A stretch of 63,344 nucleotides of DNA, filler included, from Octopus bimaculoides (lineage: Eukaryota): assembly GCF_001194135.2 (NCBI RefSeq). It is 4 parts of 4 records of this genome, joined end to end, with 100 filler letters (N's around TTAATTAATTAA, not from the genome) between each part and the next. Parts side by side here need not be neighbours in the genome. Positions count along the whole stretch, not along the records: positions 1 to 24,982 come from NC_068985.1; positions 25,083 to 56,873 come from NC_069003.1; 2 more parts are not named here. One strand, written 5' to 3'. Of the stretch, positions 22,306-35,531 are shown in pieces (the stretch's first letter is position 1; every line of letters starts with the position of its first letter). A program made the position numbers and the translations under genes. Below the pieces are notes generated by a model. That model searched no databases, was not told the DNA's origin, and saw only the letters and a program-made list of their open reading frames with translations.

Positions 22306-25300
22306 TGCACCCTCACTATAATTACTAGGTTTTTACACCACCAGGTCAAAATCTGTACTTGTGTGGGCTCCTAATAGGGGTTGTATCAATGATATTTTAA
22401 ACTGGTGATAAAGAAGGAGAGTTATCCTCAAACCAGAATGTTTGCAACAGAGTAAGCACCTCACCCCAACTGCTTTTCATAGTTCTATCTTTGGTATTTC
22501 ACTCAGCGCATTGGTTGTCGCAAAGGCTATATAACAAGACGCATTTCAAAGAAGTAAATACTTTGCAATCCGAATATTTTACCCATAGTACCTAATGATA
22601 ACAATATGATTCCCTATAGCCATCCATAGGTCCTAGCAAGAGCCATGATCTTTTCATTCTTTAGAAATATTCGTATTTCTAATTTGTTGCAGAAAATTAT
22701 AAATATTCGTAGCATTGTTTCCTTATGTTTAGGATTTAGATTATGTCTTCGATTTGGTTCCATAGTTAAGGCAGTTAAACACATAATACTTGATCATTCG
22801 TCGTGACAATCAGAATATTACAGATTTAATAGAATTTAAACTGTTATACCTGTTGTTTCATATCTGTGTGTTTACATCTAAAGCTGGAGTTGTTGAGTTC
22901 TCAAGCAATTATTTAAATCAGTCTGATTATTAAAGTTAAAGACAGTTGTTATTAGCATTTCTTAATCTTTCAATGATTCTGTTACGAAAAAATTGCTGTT
23001 AAAATTTTCTGTGTTGACCATGGAGAACAAAGCCTAAGTGAAGAGTTTACAGTTACAACATATCAACATATTTTCCGCGTGCATAAATTGTTTCACACAC
23101 ACACACACACNNNNNNNNNNNNNNNNNNNNNNNNNNNNNNNNNNNNNNNNNNNNNNNNNNNNNNNNNNNNNNNNNNNNNNNNNNNNNNNNNNNNNNNNNN
23201 NNNNNNNNNNNNNNNNNNNNNNNNNNNNNNNNNNNNNNNNNNNNNNNNNNNNNNNNNNNNNNNNNNNNNNNNNNNNNNNNNNNNNNNNNNNNNNNNNNNN
23301 NNNNNNNNNNNNNNNNNNNNNNNNNNNNNNNNNNNNNNNNNNNNNNNNNNNNNNNNNNNNNNNNNNNNNNNNNNNNNNNNNNNNNNNNNNNNNNNNNNNN
23401 NNNNNNNNNNNNNNNNNNNNNNNNNNNNNNNNNNNNNNNNNNNNNNNNNNNNNNNNNNNNNNNNNNNNNNNNNNNNNNNNNNNNNNNNNNNNNNNNNNNN
23501 NNNNNNNNNNNNNNNNNNNNNNNNNNNNNNNNNNNNNNNNNNNNNNNNNNNNNNNNNNNNNNNNNNNNNNNNNNNNNNNNNNNNNNNNNNNNNNNNNNNN
23601 NNNNNNNNNNNNNNNNNNNNNNNNNNNNNNNNNNNNNNNNNNNNNNNNNNNNNNNNNNNNNNNNNNNNNNNNNNNNNNNNNNNNNNNNNNNNNNNNNNNN
23701 NNNNNNNNNNNNNNNNNNNNNNNNNNNNNNNNNNNNNNNNNNNNNNNNNNNNNNNNNNNNNNNNNNNNNNNNNNNNNNNNNNNNNNNNNNNNNNNNNNNN
23801 NNNNNNNNNNNNNNNNNNNNNNNNNNNNNNNNNNNNNNNNNNNNNNNNNNNNNNNNNNNNNNNNNNNNNNNNNNNNNNNNNNNNNNNTTTATTTTTCCAT
23901 TTCAATCCTTGTAAACTGTAAAATTTTCCCACGTCTAAAATATTCATACCTTATTTCTGATGACAGAGTATCCAGTTCATGGACATACTAACCTACCACT
24001 TGGGTTATCCCAGAAATGGTTGTAAGACTTCAAATTCACCTTAGCCTAATTAAATTCTTACCCTAATTAAATTCTTCTAAATGACTTGAAACATTCGTTC
24101 TGCCTTGGTTTTGGTTTTTCTTCAAATATGTGTATTTGTGTGTGTGTTTACACACACACACACACACACACGCATGCATGCATATAGTGCTTAGAAAAAC
24201 AGCTTCCAGGTGTTCGACCCAGCAGCTTCTCTGTCGACCTCTGCTGAGGATAACTCCAAGTGCTTCGACCCTTGACTTGGTACACTCTAGGGATTCTGGG
24301 TCGGTCGGTTCCACCGCGTTGATCAGACTCTGACATTTGTCAGTGGTGGGTCTGTTACCTTCTGCTGCTTCTCTCTGTGCTCAGAACAAAATAAACATAG
24401 GGTTCACACATCTCTCTCTCTCTCTCTCTCTATCTATCTACATTTATCTGTTTCTCTCTCTCTCTCTCCCTCTCTGTCTGTCTGACTATCTATTTATATA
24501 TCTATTTCTCTCTTTATGTATGTATCTATCTATCTATCTATCTATCTCACTCTCTTCATTTATCTGTTTCTCTCTCTCTCTATCTGTCTGTCTGTCTATC
24601 TATTTATATATCTATTTCTCTCTTTATCTCTCTCTGTCTGTGTCTCTCTCTCTCTCTATCTATTTCTCTCAACCTATCTATCTATCTATTTCTCTCAAAC
24701 TATGTTTCTCTCTCTCTCTCTTTATCCGTTTTCTCTCTCTCTCTTCTCTAACTACACAGACATTCACGCACATATGCACTCACACACAAACATACATACG
24801 CACCCGCCTACATATATTTCTCACACACACTTTTATGCATGCACTGTACCTATCTGTCACTCACCTAGCTACGATGCCATATGCTGCTGCCCAGTTCGCG
24901 TTGCTGTGGCTACGCAATAAACAGAGCATAGCTTCGTTGCATTTATTATTTTTGTTCTCATTTCCCTCCTCTTTTGTTATTCNNNNNNNNNNNNNNNNNN
25001 NNNNNNNNNNNNNNNNNNNNNNNNNNTTAATTAATTAANNNNNNNNNNNNNNNNNNNNNNNNNNNNNNNNNNNNNNNNNNNNCTATCACTGGATATGGAC
25101 AGGGAAAATGGAATAAAATAAACAGATGAAGCAACAGTAAATATTTTGGAATTTTTTAAGACATTTTTTTTTTATTATTCTTACTGAATAAAATAAGAAA
25201 ACACACAAAACACATGGGAATAAAAAGAAAAAGATTTCAACCGAGCAACAAATAAAATATAATAAATATAAAGACAATACATTGAAAAAAAAAAAAATAA

Positions 25301-25657
25301 TAATAATGATAATAATAAAAAAATATAAAAAAGCTGACAGGGAAAAGAAAGAGGATTAAAAATGATTTGTTGGTGAGGTGGAGATGATTCAGAAGAGGAA
25401 AAGATGAGGGAGGTGAAGACTGCATCTTTAAAACTTTGACATTGGTAAATATTGGTACTTGATGCCACTAGAGGGAAAAATTAGGTTGAAATTTATGGTG
25501 AGCAAGTAAGGGCAAGAATATTTTGCAGCAAAAATTATACATAAGTAGCATCACACACACACACACACACACACATGATGGACACCTGTGTTGCAGATGA
25601 CAGGTGAGGGTTGTGGAATTTCTTGCTGAGCAGCCTGTACAGCTGATTTGTTTAGAC

Positions 25658-26201
25658 CAGTGTTTCACAAGGGTCCACACGACCCCTAGGGGCTCCGTAT
25701 AAGATTTTCCTGTTAAAATTCAGGTGCAATAAATTGATTAAATTTCTACAATGCACAAAAAATTTTCCCAATTTTTTAAATACTATTCTTAATCATCATC
25801 ATCATCATCATTATTTAACATTTATTGTCCATGCTGTCATGGGCTGGATGGTTTGACCAGAGCTGGCAAGCCAGGGAGCTGTACCAGGCCCCAGTCTGAT
25901 CTGGCACGGTTCCTATGGTTGGATGCCTTTCCTAATGCCAATCACTTGACAGAATGTATTGGGTGTTTTTATGTGGCACCAGTATGAGTGATTTTTATGT
26001 GCCACTGGCACAAGACTCTTGCAGGCTAATACTCTTTTCCCCCAACCCCGTAGAGGGGGGGGGGTAACACTTTTTCTGTGGAGTACGGGTCTTTAATTTT
26101 AAAAACAAAATTTTTTTAGACATTGAAAGGATATGAGGGTCCAGCAGAAACAAATAGGGACCGAAGGGGGCCGATATGTGAAAAAGGGTTGAGAGCCAAT
26201 G
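25658..26201. mobile_element. hAT-type MITE with a nested antisense RTE-tail insertion
   Basis: CAGTGTTTCACAA...TTGAGAGCCAATG termini with an imperfect TSD; RTE tail at 25793-26030. Confidence 0.5.
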
Positions 26202-28089
26202 GTTGTAGAGTGATCATAATGCTTTAGACTAGCTTACTGTCTCCAAACTATTAATACCTGTACAGGTGCATGGTACACAACATGGCAGATACCAAAATGG
26301 TCATGAACATGANNNNNNNNNNNNNNNNNNNNNNNNNNNNNNNNNNNNNNNNNNNNNNNNNNNNNNNNNNNNNNNNNNNNNNNNNNNNNNNNNNNNNNNN
26401 NNNNNNNNNNNNNNNNNNNNNNNNNNNNNNNNNNNNNNNNNNNNNNNNNNNNNNNNNNNNNNNNNNNNNNNNNNNNNNNNNNNNNNNNNNNNNNNNNNNN
26501 NNNNNNNNNNNNNNNNNNNNNNNNNNNNNNNNNNNNNNNNNNNNNNNNNNNNNNNNNNNNNNNNNNNNNNNNNNNNNNNNNNNNNNNNNNNNNNNNNNNN
26601 NNNNNNNNNNNNNNNNNNNNNNNNNNNNNNNNNNNNNNNNNNNNNNNNNNNNNNNNNNNNNNNNNNNNNNNNNNNNNNNNNNNNNNNNNNNNNNNNNNNN
26701 NNNNNNNNNNNNNNNNNNNNNNNNNNNNNNNNNNNNNNNNNNNNNNNNNNNNNNNNNNNNNNNNNNNNNNNNNNNNNNNNNNNNNNNNNNNNNNNNNNNN
26801 NNNNNNNNNNNNNNNNNNNNNNNNNNNNNNNNNNNNNNNNNNNNNNNNNNNNNNNNNNNNNNNNNNNNNNNNNNNNNNNNNNNNNNNNNNNNNNNNNNNN
26901 NNNNNNNNNNNNNTATATATATATATATATATATCGTATTTATACACAGCACAGAATATACTTATCAGAAAACCTGAATCAAAGATAACCCTGTGAACAC
27001 AAAATTTTAATCTTTTATTGTCTTTGGTCAATAAGTGTTATTTCCAGTTTGCTTTTTTCTAGAAATCAAAAGAAATTACTCCTATTCTCTTCAAGCTTTG
27101 CTTCTGTGACCTGAATATCAATATTTTGAAACTGGCCTATTTTCCTTAACACTCCAGACAGATTCAGAAATATTATAGCAAATATCTTGCTCAATACCAC
27201 AGATTCACTTGTCAGTTGCTTGAACTTAAACCACTTGAGCATGTCCTGTAGTGGCTGACGATATGTGCATCTCTGATCATGAGGAGGAGTAGTAGTTAGG
27301 GAACGTCATAGCCATGTGTTGAGAGGGATTGGGTGGGGGAGAGCTTGAATAAATGTAACAAAAACAAAGTTTGAAGGAAATATTAGCCATTTTTCATACT
27401 TTCTAAGGTAAGCAAATAGGAGAGAACAGTTGCTACCCAAGAATGAAAATCATGTTGCAAAGTGTAATGGAGATATATCTATGATAGTTAAAGTAAAGAT
27501 TGCTTGCTTTGATAATATCAACTAACTAATATACTTAGTTTTGATAATATCAACTAACTAATATACTTAGTTTTCTCAGCATAGAAAGTTTTGCCATGAG
27601 AGACAAGTCAAGACATGTTGGGAAAGCGTCCATTTTTATTTTTCTGTGCATAGAGGGAAAACTAAATACACAAACATATACACACATCTCATAAAATCGT
27701 AAGCAATATAGGGTTTATTCACCCATGTAAAGAAACAAAATCAATGACAATATATTACAGCAAGTTTCAAGCATTAAAAAAATTATTTTAATATTGTTTG
27801 AGATAGTTTAAACATAAAAGAAAATTATTAAATATTGTACTAAAAGAAACAAGTCATATTAATTTGAACAATAAAAATACTTAAATGTTAAATGCAATGA
27901 AAATTGTTAATAATAAAATTGGAAATATGAAATAAATAGATCACTATTGATTTTTTTGGAGACAAGAACAACATGACAGTTCAGGTAGAAACAGGTACGA
28001 AATTCTGTTCACATAAGGTTCAACTACACAATAGGTGTTTGGTACTATTCATAAATAGACCCATATGCATACTATTATAATGTCAATGT

Positions 28090-28126
<37 letters not shown>

Positions 28127-29095
28127 TTGGGAAAGAGAGGAAATAGAGGGAGAGACAAAGAGAAAGGACACAGATAGGAAAAGAGAGGGTAGGAGACAGT
28201 GGGAGGAGAGAGGGAGGAAGAGATATTTATTACTTCTAACAAATTTAGTAAGAAAAATAAAATAGCAATATTAACCACAGTGTATGACTGGTACCAAATC
28301 TAGAAACAAGTCAATTCCATCAAGGTTTGTACTTAAGAGATAAACAAATATAACTCAATACTACAAGGTATCAGTAATCCCCTAGTAATTCGCTTTATTA
28401 TCAATATTCACACATAACCTATTCCAAAACGAAGTCAATTGATGCCAATGGTTGTTTACAGAACTAAGGGAGCGGTATTAGCGGAAGGGTCTGACAGGAA
28501 ATTCTTTGGACTAAGGGGTTCTAAGAAGAGCAAAAACGTCTACAATGAGTGCTTAGCAAAGCTTCACTAAATTTTTGGCAACAACAGGAATTCAATGTGA
28601 AATTATCAATTCACAGAAAATTCATAAAAATGGTGAGGAACAGGAAAAAAGAAAGTTAGAGGGAAGAGACTAAACAAGCTGAGTGTTCAATCACTGGAAC
28701 CAGACACAGGCTGATTTATAGGGATGTCTTGTGAGATTCTAAATTGGAGAGGAAGAGACTAAAGTCAAGCTTAGCTCTATATAAGAACATGCAGGGAGAG
28801 AGAGGGAAAGAGAAGGTTGGTGAATCAAATGATAAGGATATACCCAAATGGTTTCTTATCCAGACAATTCCTGAAACTGTTCAAGAGTAAAAGAAAGAGA
28901 GAAAGATATGTAAGAGAGAGAGAGAGAGAGAGAGAAACAGATGTTGCATCGTCGATGTTCTACTGGGTTGAAGGCCGCAAGGACTGAAAGGGTATCCGTA
29001 ACTATTTGCAACTAAACAGGCACCGAAAGCAATGGCCTGGTATATGCCACCTAGACATATTCAGGAGTGGCAGTTATGGGTTTATATTTATATAC

Positions 29096-29311
29096 CATTT
29101 AATGTACACTGTATGAGCTATTAATAGTTTCTTGCTGTGGAAACATGTGTCTAGGCATGCTTTCATAACATGCCTTGTGTCTCCAAACAATCATGCTCAG
29201 AGACCAAAAATTGCTTGGAGATGCAAAGCATATTATAAAAACCTGCCCAGACACATGTTTCCACAGCAAGAAACTTAATAGTTCATTTCTTTATACAGTG
29301 TACATTAAATG
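29096..29311. repeat. Long imperfect inverted repeat (~90-bp stem)
   Basis: CATTTAATGTACACTGTAT..AGTTTCTTGCTGTGGAAACATGTGTCTAGGCA..TCTCCAA pairs with TTGGAGA..TGCCCAGACACATGTTTCCACAGCAAGAAACT..ATACAGTGTACATTAAATG. Confidence 0.9.
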
Positions 29312-30807
29312 ATATTTCTCTCTCACTGGATGGAATACTTGTTTTGTTGATCCAACCATAACAGAATAGTAAATTTATGTCTGAGCACATGGGCCAAAGA
29401 ATAAAGAAGAGAACTGATGCCAATCCTTTGATAATTATACCACGAGTTGACCAATAGAGGCCCAACATCTAGAAGCTATCTTAAATTTGTCTGAAACCCC
29501 ATCACTCTTCTCTAGATGCCTGATGAGATGGGTTCATCCTACAAGCCTATGAAACTAAGTCAGATGGAACCAAGTCGATCTTTGAAACCACCAGAAAAGA
29601 AAAGGAAGAAATCAAATGACAAGAGAAAACGGCTTGACAAAATAAGCCTCATCCTCCACCAACGTTACCATGCAGTCAATGCCATCGACTCTTCTATGCA
29701 TGAATTGGTCTACAGAGTCATCAACGGCATCACCATAAAGGAATAAGAGACACAAAGAAGATACTAAATTCTTGGATTTGAGACAGAGCCATTGCTGCTG
29801 TCATCAACAACAAGTAAATACTTGATTATTTTGTGGTTTCTGTGTTTATTTATCAATCTTTAGTCGGCATTATTCTTTTACCACAGTCAACACACACAAC
29901 TATGGAATGAAAATGAAATAACTATCTTTTATGAAAACACAACGTTTATATTATTTGCAAGACAAATAATAAAATGAAAGACATAATCTACAGCACTTAA
30001 CAACGTATACATGTAAAACAATCAACTGATAAAGTATGGCACACAATCAATGACATAATCTATTACAGACATGTTATTTATATTATTTGCACAACAATTC
30101 ACTAGGAAATAAATATTTTAAGTATCACAAACATGCACACGTGTGTGTGTGTGTGTGTTATGAGGTCTGTTTGTTGTTGTTACACAGTGAAGCAGTTACT
30201 AGACTTCATTTTAAGGAACTGTTGTGCAACCATACACAGATTCTTCTGAAGGTGTATCAAGTACAATTTATTAAGATTTATTGAAGCTAATGCCATATTA
30301 CTAACACAGATGCACAGCATCAAAGCATATTGCTCCATATTTAAAATTGTTAAACACGTTTGCTATATACGTTTGTCTTTCAATATATTTTCAATGATTT
30401 TAATAACATTTTCACAATGAAAGGACAGAGAGAGGTAAACTTGTATTTTCTAATCGTTTCTCTTCACTTCTTGACATGAATATAAAACTATGTAATAACT
30501 CTCAATCTAAAAAGAAAACAAGTGTATAAGACTATAGTTTTCAAAACTGTTCTATTCTAAGACTGTACTTGTAGCACGACCTATGTGAACTTTAGACAAT
30601 TTCAAGTATTACGTACTTAACATAAAATATCATTTCAAAAGAAATTACGCATTCCACATTTGTCTAGAAACTGCCAACAAGCTTATAGTTTTCAAAACAA
30701 CTGAGGAATTTTCACAGATGACACAAGTATATCTCTAAAACTTGTATAACTTTTTTAGCCATGAGTGAATGGTCATTGTATCAAATACAAAGATCATTAT
30801 TTATTAT

Positions 30808-31165
30808 TATTACCTCTGCCTTAGCAAAGGCGGAGGTATTGTTTTCAGTTACATTTGTTTGTTTGTCTGTGAACAAGATATCTCAAGAACCACTGGATGG
30901 ATTCGGATGAAACTTTCAGGGATGTTTGGCTTCGTGACTGGCACGACTTCATTAGATTTTGGGATTGACAGGGATTATGGATTATTTTCCCAGTTTTTTT
31001 ACTTAATTTATGAGAGCGGTTGGGTTAATTTTTAGTATTCTTATTTGTGAGAGGCGTCAAGTTTATTTCAGATATTCTCATTTTAAAAATCATCTCCGGT
31101 TAATTGTTGAGAAGACGTTGGTGCTGGCTTGGTGGGGGTTTGCGCTCTCTTGAGTGCTCTTATTC
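30808..31165 (+). mobile_element. Helentron-associated non-autonomous element (HINE/DINE-1-like)
   Basis: 5' TATTACCTCTGCCTTAGCAAAGGCGGAGGT, an internal GTTT/GTCT tract, a subterminal inverted repeat GGCTTGGTGGGGGT and a 3' hairpin GCGCTC-TCTT-GAGTGC. Confidence 0.55.
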
Positions 31166-31398
31166 TTCTTATTATTATTACTACTATAATTTGTATTAGC
31201 CTAATAAATGGATACAACTATACAATGATTCTAAACTGTTCAGAATTTACTCTTTTATAATGAAAATTAACCATTTTTCATTATACACAACTTGAGATAT
31301 ATTAAGGCAAACACAATGGTAAAGCCTTGAAAAAACAGCATCAACAACAACGTAAAAGAAAGAATTGAACATCTAAAAGTTAAGAATCTCATTTAAAG

Positions 31399-31629
31399 CA
31401 GCGATCCCCAACCATTTGGACCCAGGGCATCAGAAAAACATAAAGTGCATAACATATATAATTTAATTATTACATATATAATACATTATATATAATGTCA
31501 AAACACCCAGTAGACTGTGATAGTCAATAAAATAAGATAGAAATAAAATTTTAAAATTTGTTTCTGTCTGGCCAAGGGCTAAGTTATCTACGGACAGCTA
31601 CTGGTCCACAGCCCAGTTGGGGATCCTTG
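31399..31629. mobile_element. hAT-type MITE
   Basis: ATTTAAAG|CAGCGATCCCCAAC...GTTGGGGATCCTTG|ATTTAAAC (TSD 7/8). Confidence 0.75.
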
Positions 31630-31992
31630 ATTTAAACTACAAATGGAACTGAAACATAAATGACAGTTTAGTGAAGATAATCAACAGATGCAATAAGCTG
31701 CATGGTTATTAAGAAACTGCAGATGTCATGACATGTATTTGTTGATGTAGAAATGACCTCATTTGTTGGCCGAAGCAGTTAACACGGCCCACTTGCAATG
31801 GCTTCCTTTTTCTGCTTTTGTATTCTGGTTTCTACTAGAATACATTTTCACTTTCACACTCTACAGGGCTTGAAAAGACCCAGAGGAAATTAACAGGATC
31901 TGTTTAGCACTAATGAGATGCAAAAGAAACCCAACACTCATTCTTTGGTAAAATATTAAAGTTATAATCTTAGGTTGAAAGCCACAAATCTA

Positions 31993-33088
31993 GCAGTAAT
32001 AGGACAAGGGAGATTTAATCATGGCAGTAATAGGACATAGGAGATTTAATCATGGCAGTGATAGGACAAGGGAGATTTAATCATGGCAGTAATAGGACAA
32101 GGGAGATTTAATCATGGCAGTGATAGGACAAGGGAGATTTAATCACNNNNNNNNNNNNNNNNNNNNNNNNNNNNNNNNNNNNNNNNNNNNNNNNNNNNNN
32201 NNNNNNNNNNNNNNNNNNNNNNNNNNNNNNNNNNNNNNNNNNNNNNNNNNNNNNNNNNNNNNNNNNNNNNNNNNNNNNNNNNNNNNNNNNNNNNNNNNNN
32301 NNNNNNNNNNNNNNNNNNNNNNNNNNNNNNNNNNNNNNNNNNNNNNNNNNNNNNNNNNNNNNNNNNNNNNNNNNNNNNNNNNNNNNNNNNNNNNNNNNNN
32401 NNNNNNNNNNNNNNNNNNNNNNNNNNNNNNNNNNNNNNNNNNNNNNNNNNNNNNNNNNNNNNNNNNNNNNNNNNNNNNNNNNNNNNNNNNNNNNNNNNNN
32501 NNNNNNNNNNNNNNNNNNNNNNNNNNNNNNNNNNNNNNNNNNNNNNNNNNNNNNNNNNNNNNNNNNNNNNNNNNNNNNNNNNNNNNNNNNNNNNNNNNNN
32601 NNNNNNNNNNNNNNNNNNNNNNNNNNNNNNNNNNNNNNNNNNNNNNNNNNNNNNNNNNNNNNNNNNNNNNNNNNNNNNNNNNNNNNNNNNNNNNNNNNNN
32701 NNNNNNNNNNNNNNNNNNNNNNNNNNNNNNNNNNNNNNNNNNNNNNNNNNNNNNNNNNNNNNNNNNNNNNNNNNNNNNNNNNNNNNNNNNNNNNNNNNNN
32801 NNNNNNNNNNNNNNNNNNNNNNNNNNNNNNNNNNNNNNNNNNNNNNNNNNNNNNNNNNNNNNNNNNNNNNNNNNNNNNNNNNNNNNNNNNNNNNNNNNNN
32901 NNNNNNNNNNNNNNNNNNNNNNNNNNNNNNNNNNNNNNNNNNNNNNNNNNNNNNNNNNNNNNNNNNNNNNNNNAGGAGATTTAATCATGGCAGTGATAGG
33001 ACAAGGGAGATTTAATCATGGCAGTAATAGGACAAGGGAGATTTAATCATGGCAGTGATAGGACAAGGGAGATTTAATCACGGCAGTG
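31993..33088. repeat. 31-bp minisatellite GCAGT(A/G)ATAGGACAAGGGAGATTTAATCATG, centre in an N gap
   Basis: About 5 units before and 3-4 after the gap 32146-32973; no spacers. Confidence 0.95.
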
Positions 33089-33715
33089 TTTCGATTTAGT
33101 AATGTGTCTCTTTTAATCAGTGATGTCAAACACAAGTGTGTGCTGTCCATGGAATTCCATGCTTAAATTCCAATCAGAGACATTACGGTCAATGATTCTG
33201 CAGTGGGAATACCCTAGGTGTTATGTAGCTGCAAAGTAAATATTTTGTCTACATGTCAAATGTAGAGAAAGAAACGTGTGATAAACCAATCAAATCATGC
33301 AGTTCAAAAAGAGAAGAAATAAAACAAGAAAAAAGAAATATGAGGTGGCAGCAATATCAAGAACAGCAGCGTCTGTCACTACGTCTATGAAGCTTTCTAG
33401 ATTAAGAATTTGAAAAGGGGAGGTAACAACCACAAGGGAGACAATTCATGTCATGTGACAACAACAAAAGTATAACGATCGGAAATTGTTTTTGTTTTTT
33501 TTTAAATTGGTGTTGATGCAGGAGCGTAGCAAGGGTTCTTGGCACCAGAAGGCATGGAAACAATCCGTTTGGTGCCCCCCCCCCTTAATTATTAGGTATG
33601 AAAAGTCAAGAAGGGGATTGGTGCTCCCTTTAATGCAAACAGCCNNNNNNNNNNGGGGGGGGGGTAACAGTGGTGAGTGAAAAAATTTAAGAGATGATTA
33701 ATTAATATTAATGAG

Positions 33716-33747
<32 letters not shown>

Positions 33748-34054
33748 TAACAATAATAATGGTTAAAAACAAAACATTGATAATCTCAGGAATCTGCAAG
33801 GAAAGTGCCAAGGTGTCATGCAAAATATATAAACAATAAGAAACCAGGGAGCCACAAAGTACTTACATGTGTACAAATGCAGGCAGTCTGTTGTAGCAAG
33901 TCAGAAGAAGAAGAATGAATAGACATACGGGTGGATGAGTGTAGTAGGGGCTACATGTATCTGTGTATATGCGGGTATGTGAGTATATGTGTATGTATAG
34001 TGGAAATTTTTGTGTGTGTGTATGCATAAAGTGGTTATACGTGAGTAGTGAGTA

Positions 34055-34089
<35 letters not shown>

Positions 34090-34231
34090 CATCATTGAAA
34101 TAAACCAAATGAGATGAAAAGAAATAAAAAAAATACAAACAAATTTAATGAATAAAATAGTAGGGGTCACTGTCCAGGAGTCAACAATAATAATAATAAT
34201 AATAATAATAATAAAGCCAATAATAATAATA

Positions 34232-35222
34232 GTCCTTTCTACTAAAGGCACAAGGCCTGAAATTTTAGGCAGGGGTTAGTCAATTACATCGACCCCCCAG
34301 TGTTTCACTGGTACTCAATTTATTAACTCCAAAAGGATGAAAGGCAAAGTCAACTTTGGCAGAATTTGAACTCAGAACATGAGCGTGCTAACAATTCTGC
34401 CAGCTCACTGAATACTTGTCACCTAGGCATATAGATGCCTTGTATTTGGCTTATTGGCAGCGGTACTTACCTCTGTGCAAGAATATTTGAACTCTAAGCA
34501 ACAACATAATTCCTACAGCAACCCAAACAAAATCTTCCAACCATAACTTATTGTTTGACAGGGGGATGACACCTCTTATTTGTACAACCTTCAAACAGTT
34601 TTGAAACTGCTTTTAGTCTATCAACTCCCTCCCACTGCTAACTAGATTTTAAAGGAAGACCAAAGCAGGAATTTAACAGGAGTCATTGCCAAGACAATGT
34701 AGCAGAAATAAATCCAAAAGACCTGGTCTTTGGAAACATGATAATAATAATAATAATAAATAATAATAATAGGTAATAATAATAATCCTTTCTACTATAA
34801 GCACAAGGCTTAAAATTTTGGAGGAGGTGGGGGTGGACGATGACATCAACCCCAATACTCAACTGGTACTTATTTTATCGACCCTGAAAGGATAAAATGT
34901 AAAGTCAACCTCGACAGGATCTGAACTCAGAACATAAACACAAGCAAAATATTGCCAAGCATTCTATCCAGTCTGCCAGCTCACCACCTTAATAATAATA
35001 ATAATCCTTTCTGCTCTAGGCACAAGGCCTGAAATTTGGGGGAGGGGGATAGTCGATTTCATCAACCCCAGTGCGTAACTGGTAATTAGTTCATCAACCC
35101 CCGAAAGGATGAAAGGCAAAGTTGACCTCGGTGGAATTTGAACTCAGAACGTAACGGCAGAAGAAATACTGCTAAGCATTTTGTCCAGTGTGCTAACAAT
35201 TCTGCCAGCTGACCACCTTAAC
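34232..35222 (-). mobile_element. Three family A SINE copies (34232-34410, 34785-34990, 35005-35222)
   Basis: Same unit as the 7925-9110 cluster, with (AAT)n spacers. Confidence 0.75.
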
Positions 35223-35388
35223 AACAACAACAACAATATAATAATAACAACAACAATAATAATAATAATAATGATAATTATGATAATGATAATGATAATA
35301 ATAATAAAGATATTCTTAAATAATGATGATCTTCATTAACCAAAGTTCTGATTAGTTGTTGCCAATGGTATCAACAAACATTGTTTAC

Positions 35389-35531
35389 CTGTCGTGTTTG
35401 ATCCAGGTCTCCAAGCCACCGCCGTCACCGCCATCAACACCATTGTTACCGATGTTGTTGCTAGTGTTGTCTCCCTGAATTTCTGGAATCCCTTCATTGT
35501 TCTCTTCCATATCTTCTTGATCACTGTCACA
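35389..35531 (-). CDS. PPP1R9A: Neurabin-like acidic/Gly-rich exon (last confidently placed)
   Basis: TTTTTCTCTCAG acceptor, GTAAAC donor, phase 0 to 2. Open frame CDSDQEDMEENNEGIPEIQG...GGGLETWIKHD. Confidence 0.7.

Noticed and set aside
25027-25038. TTAATTAATTAA islands inside N runs (also 56918-56929 and 62257-62268)
   Set aside because: An identical six-frame-stop linker embedded in Ns is a scaffolding artefact, not biology.
31993-33088. 31-bp repeat (and the 45-bp repeat) as a possible CRISPR array
   Set aside because: The units are contiguous with no unique spacers, there are no cas genes, and the context is eukaryotic.
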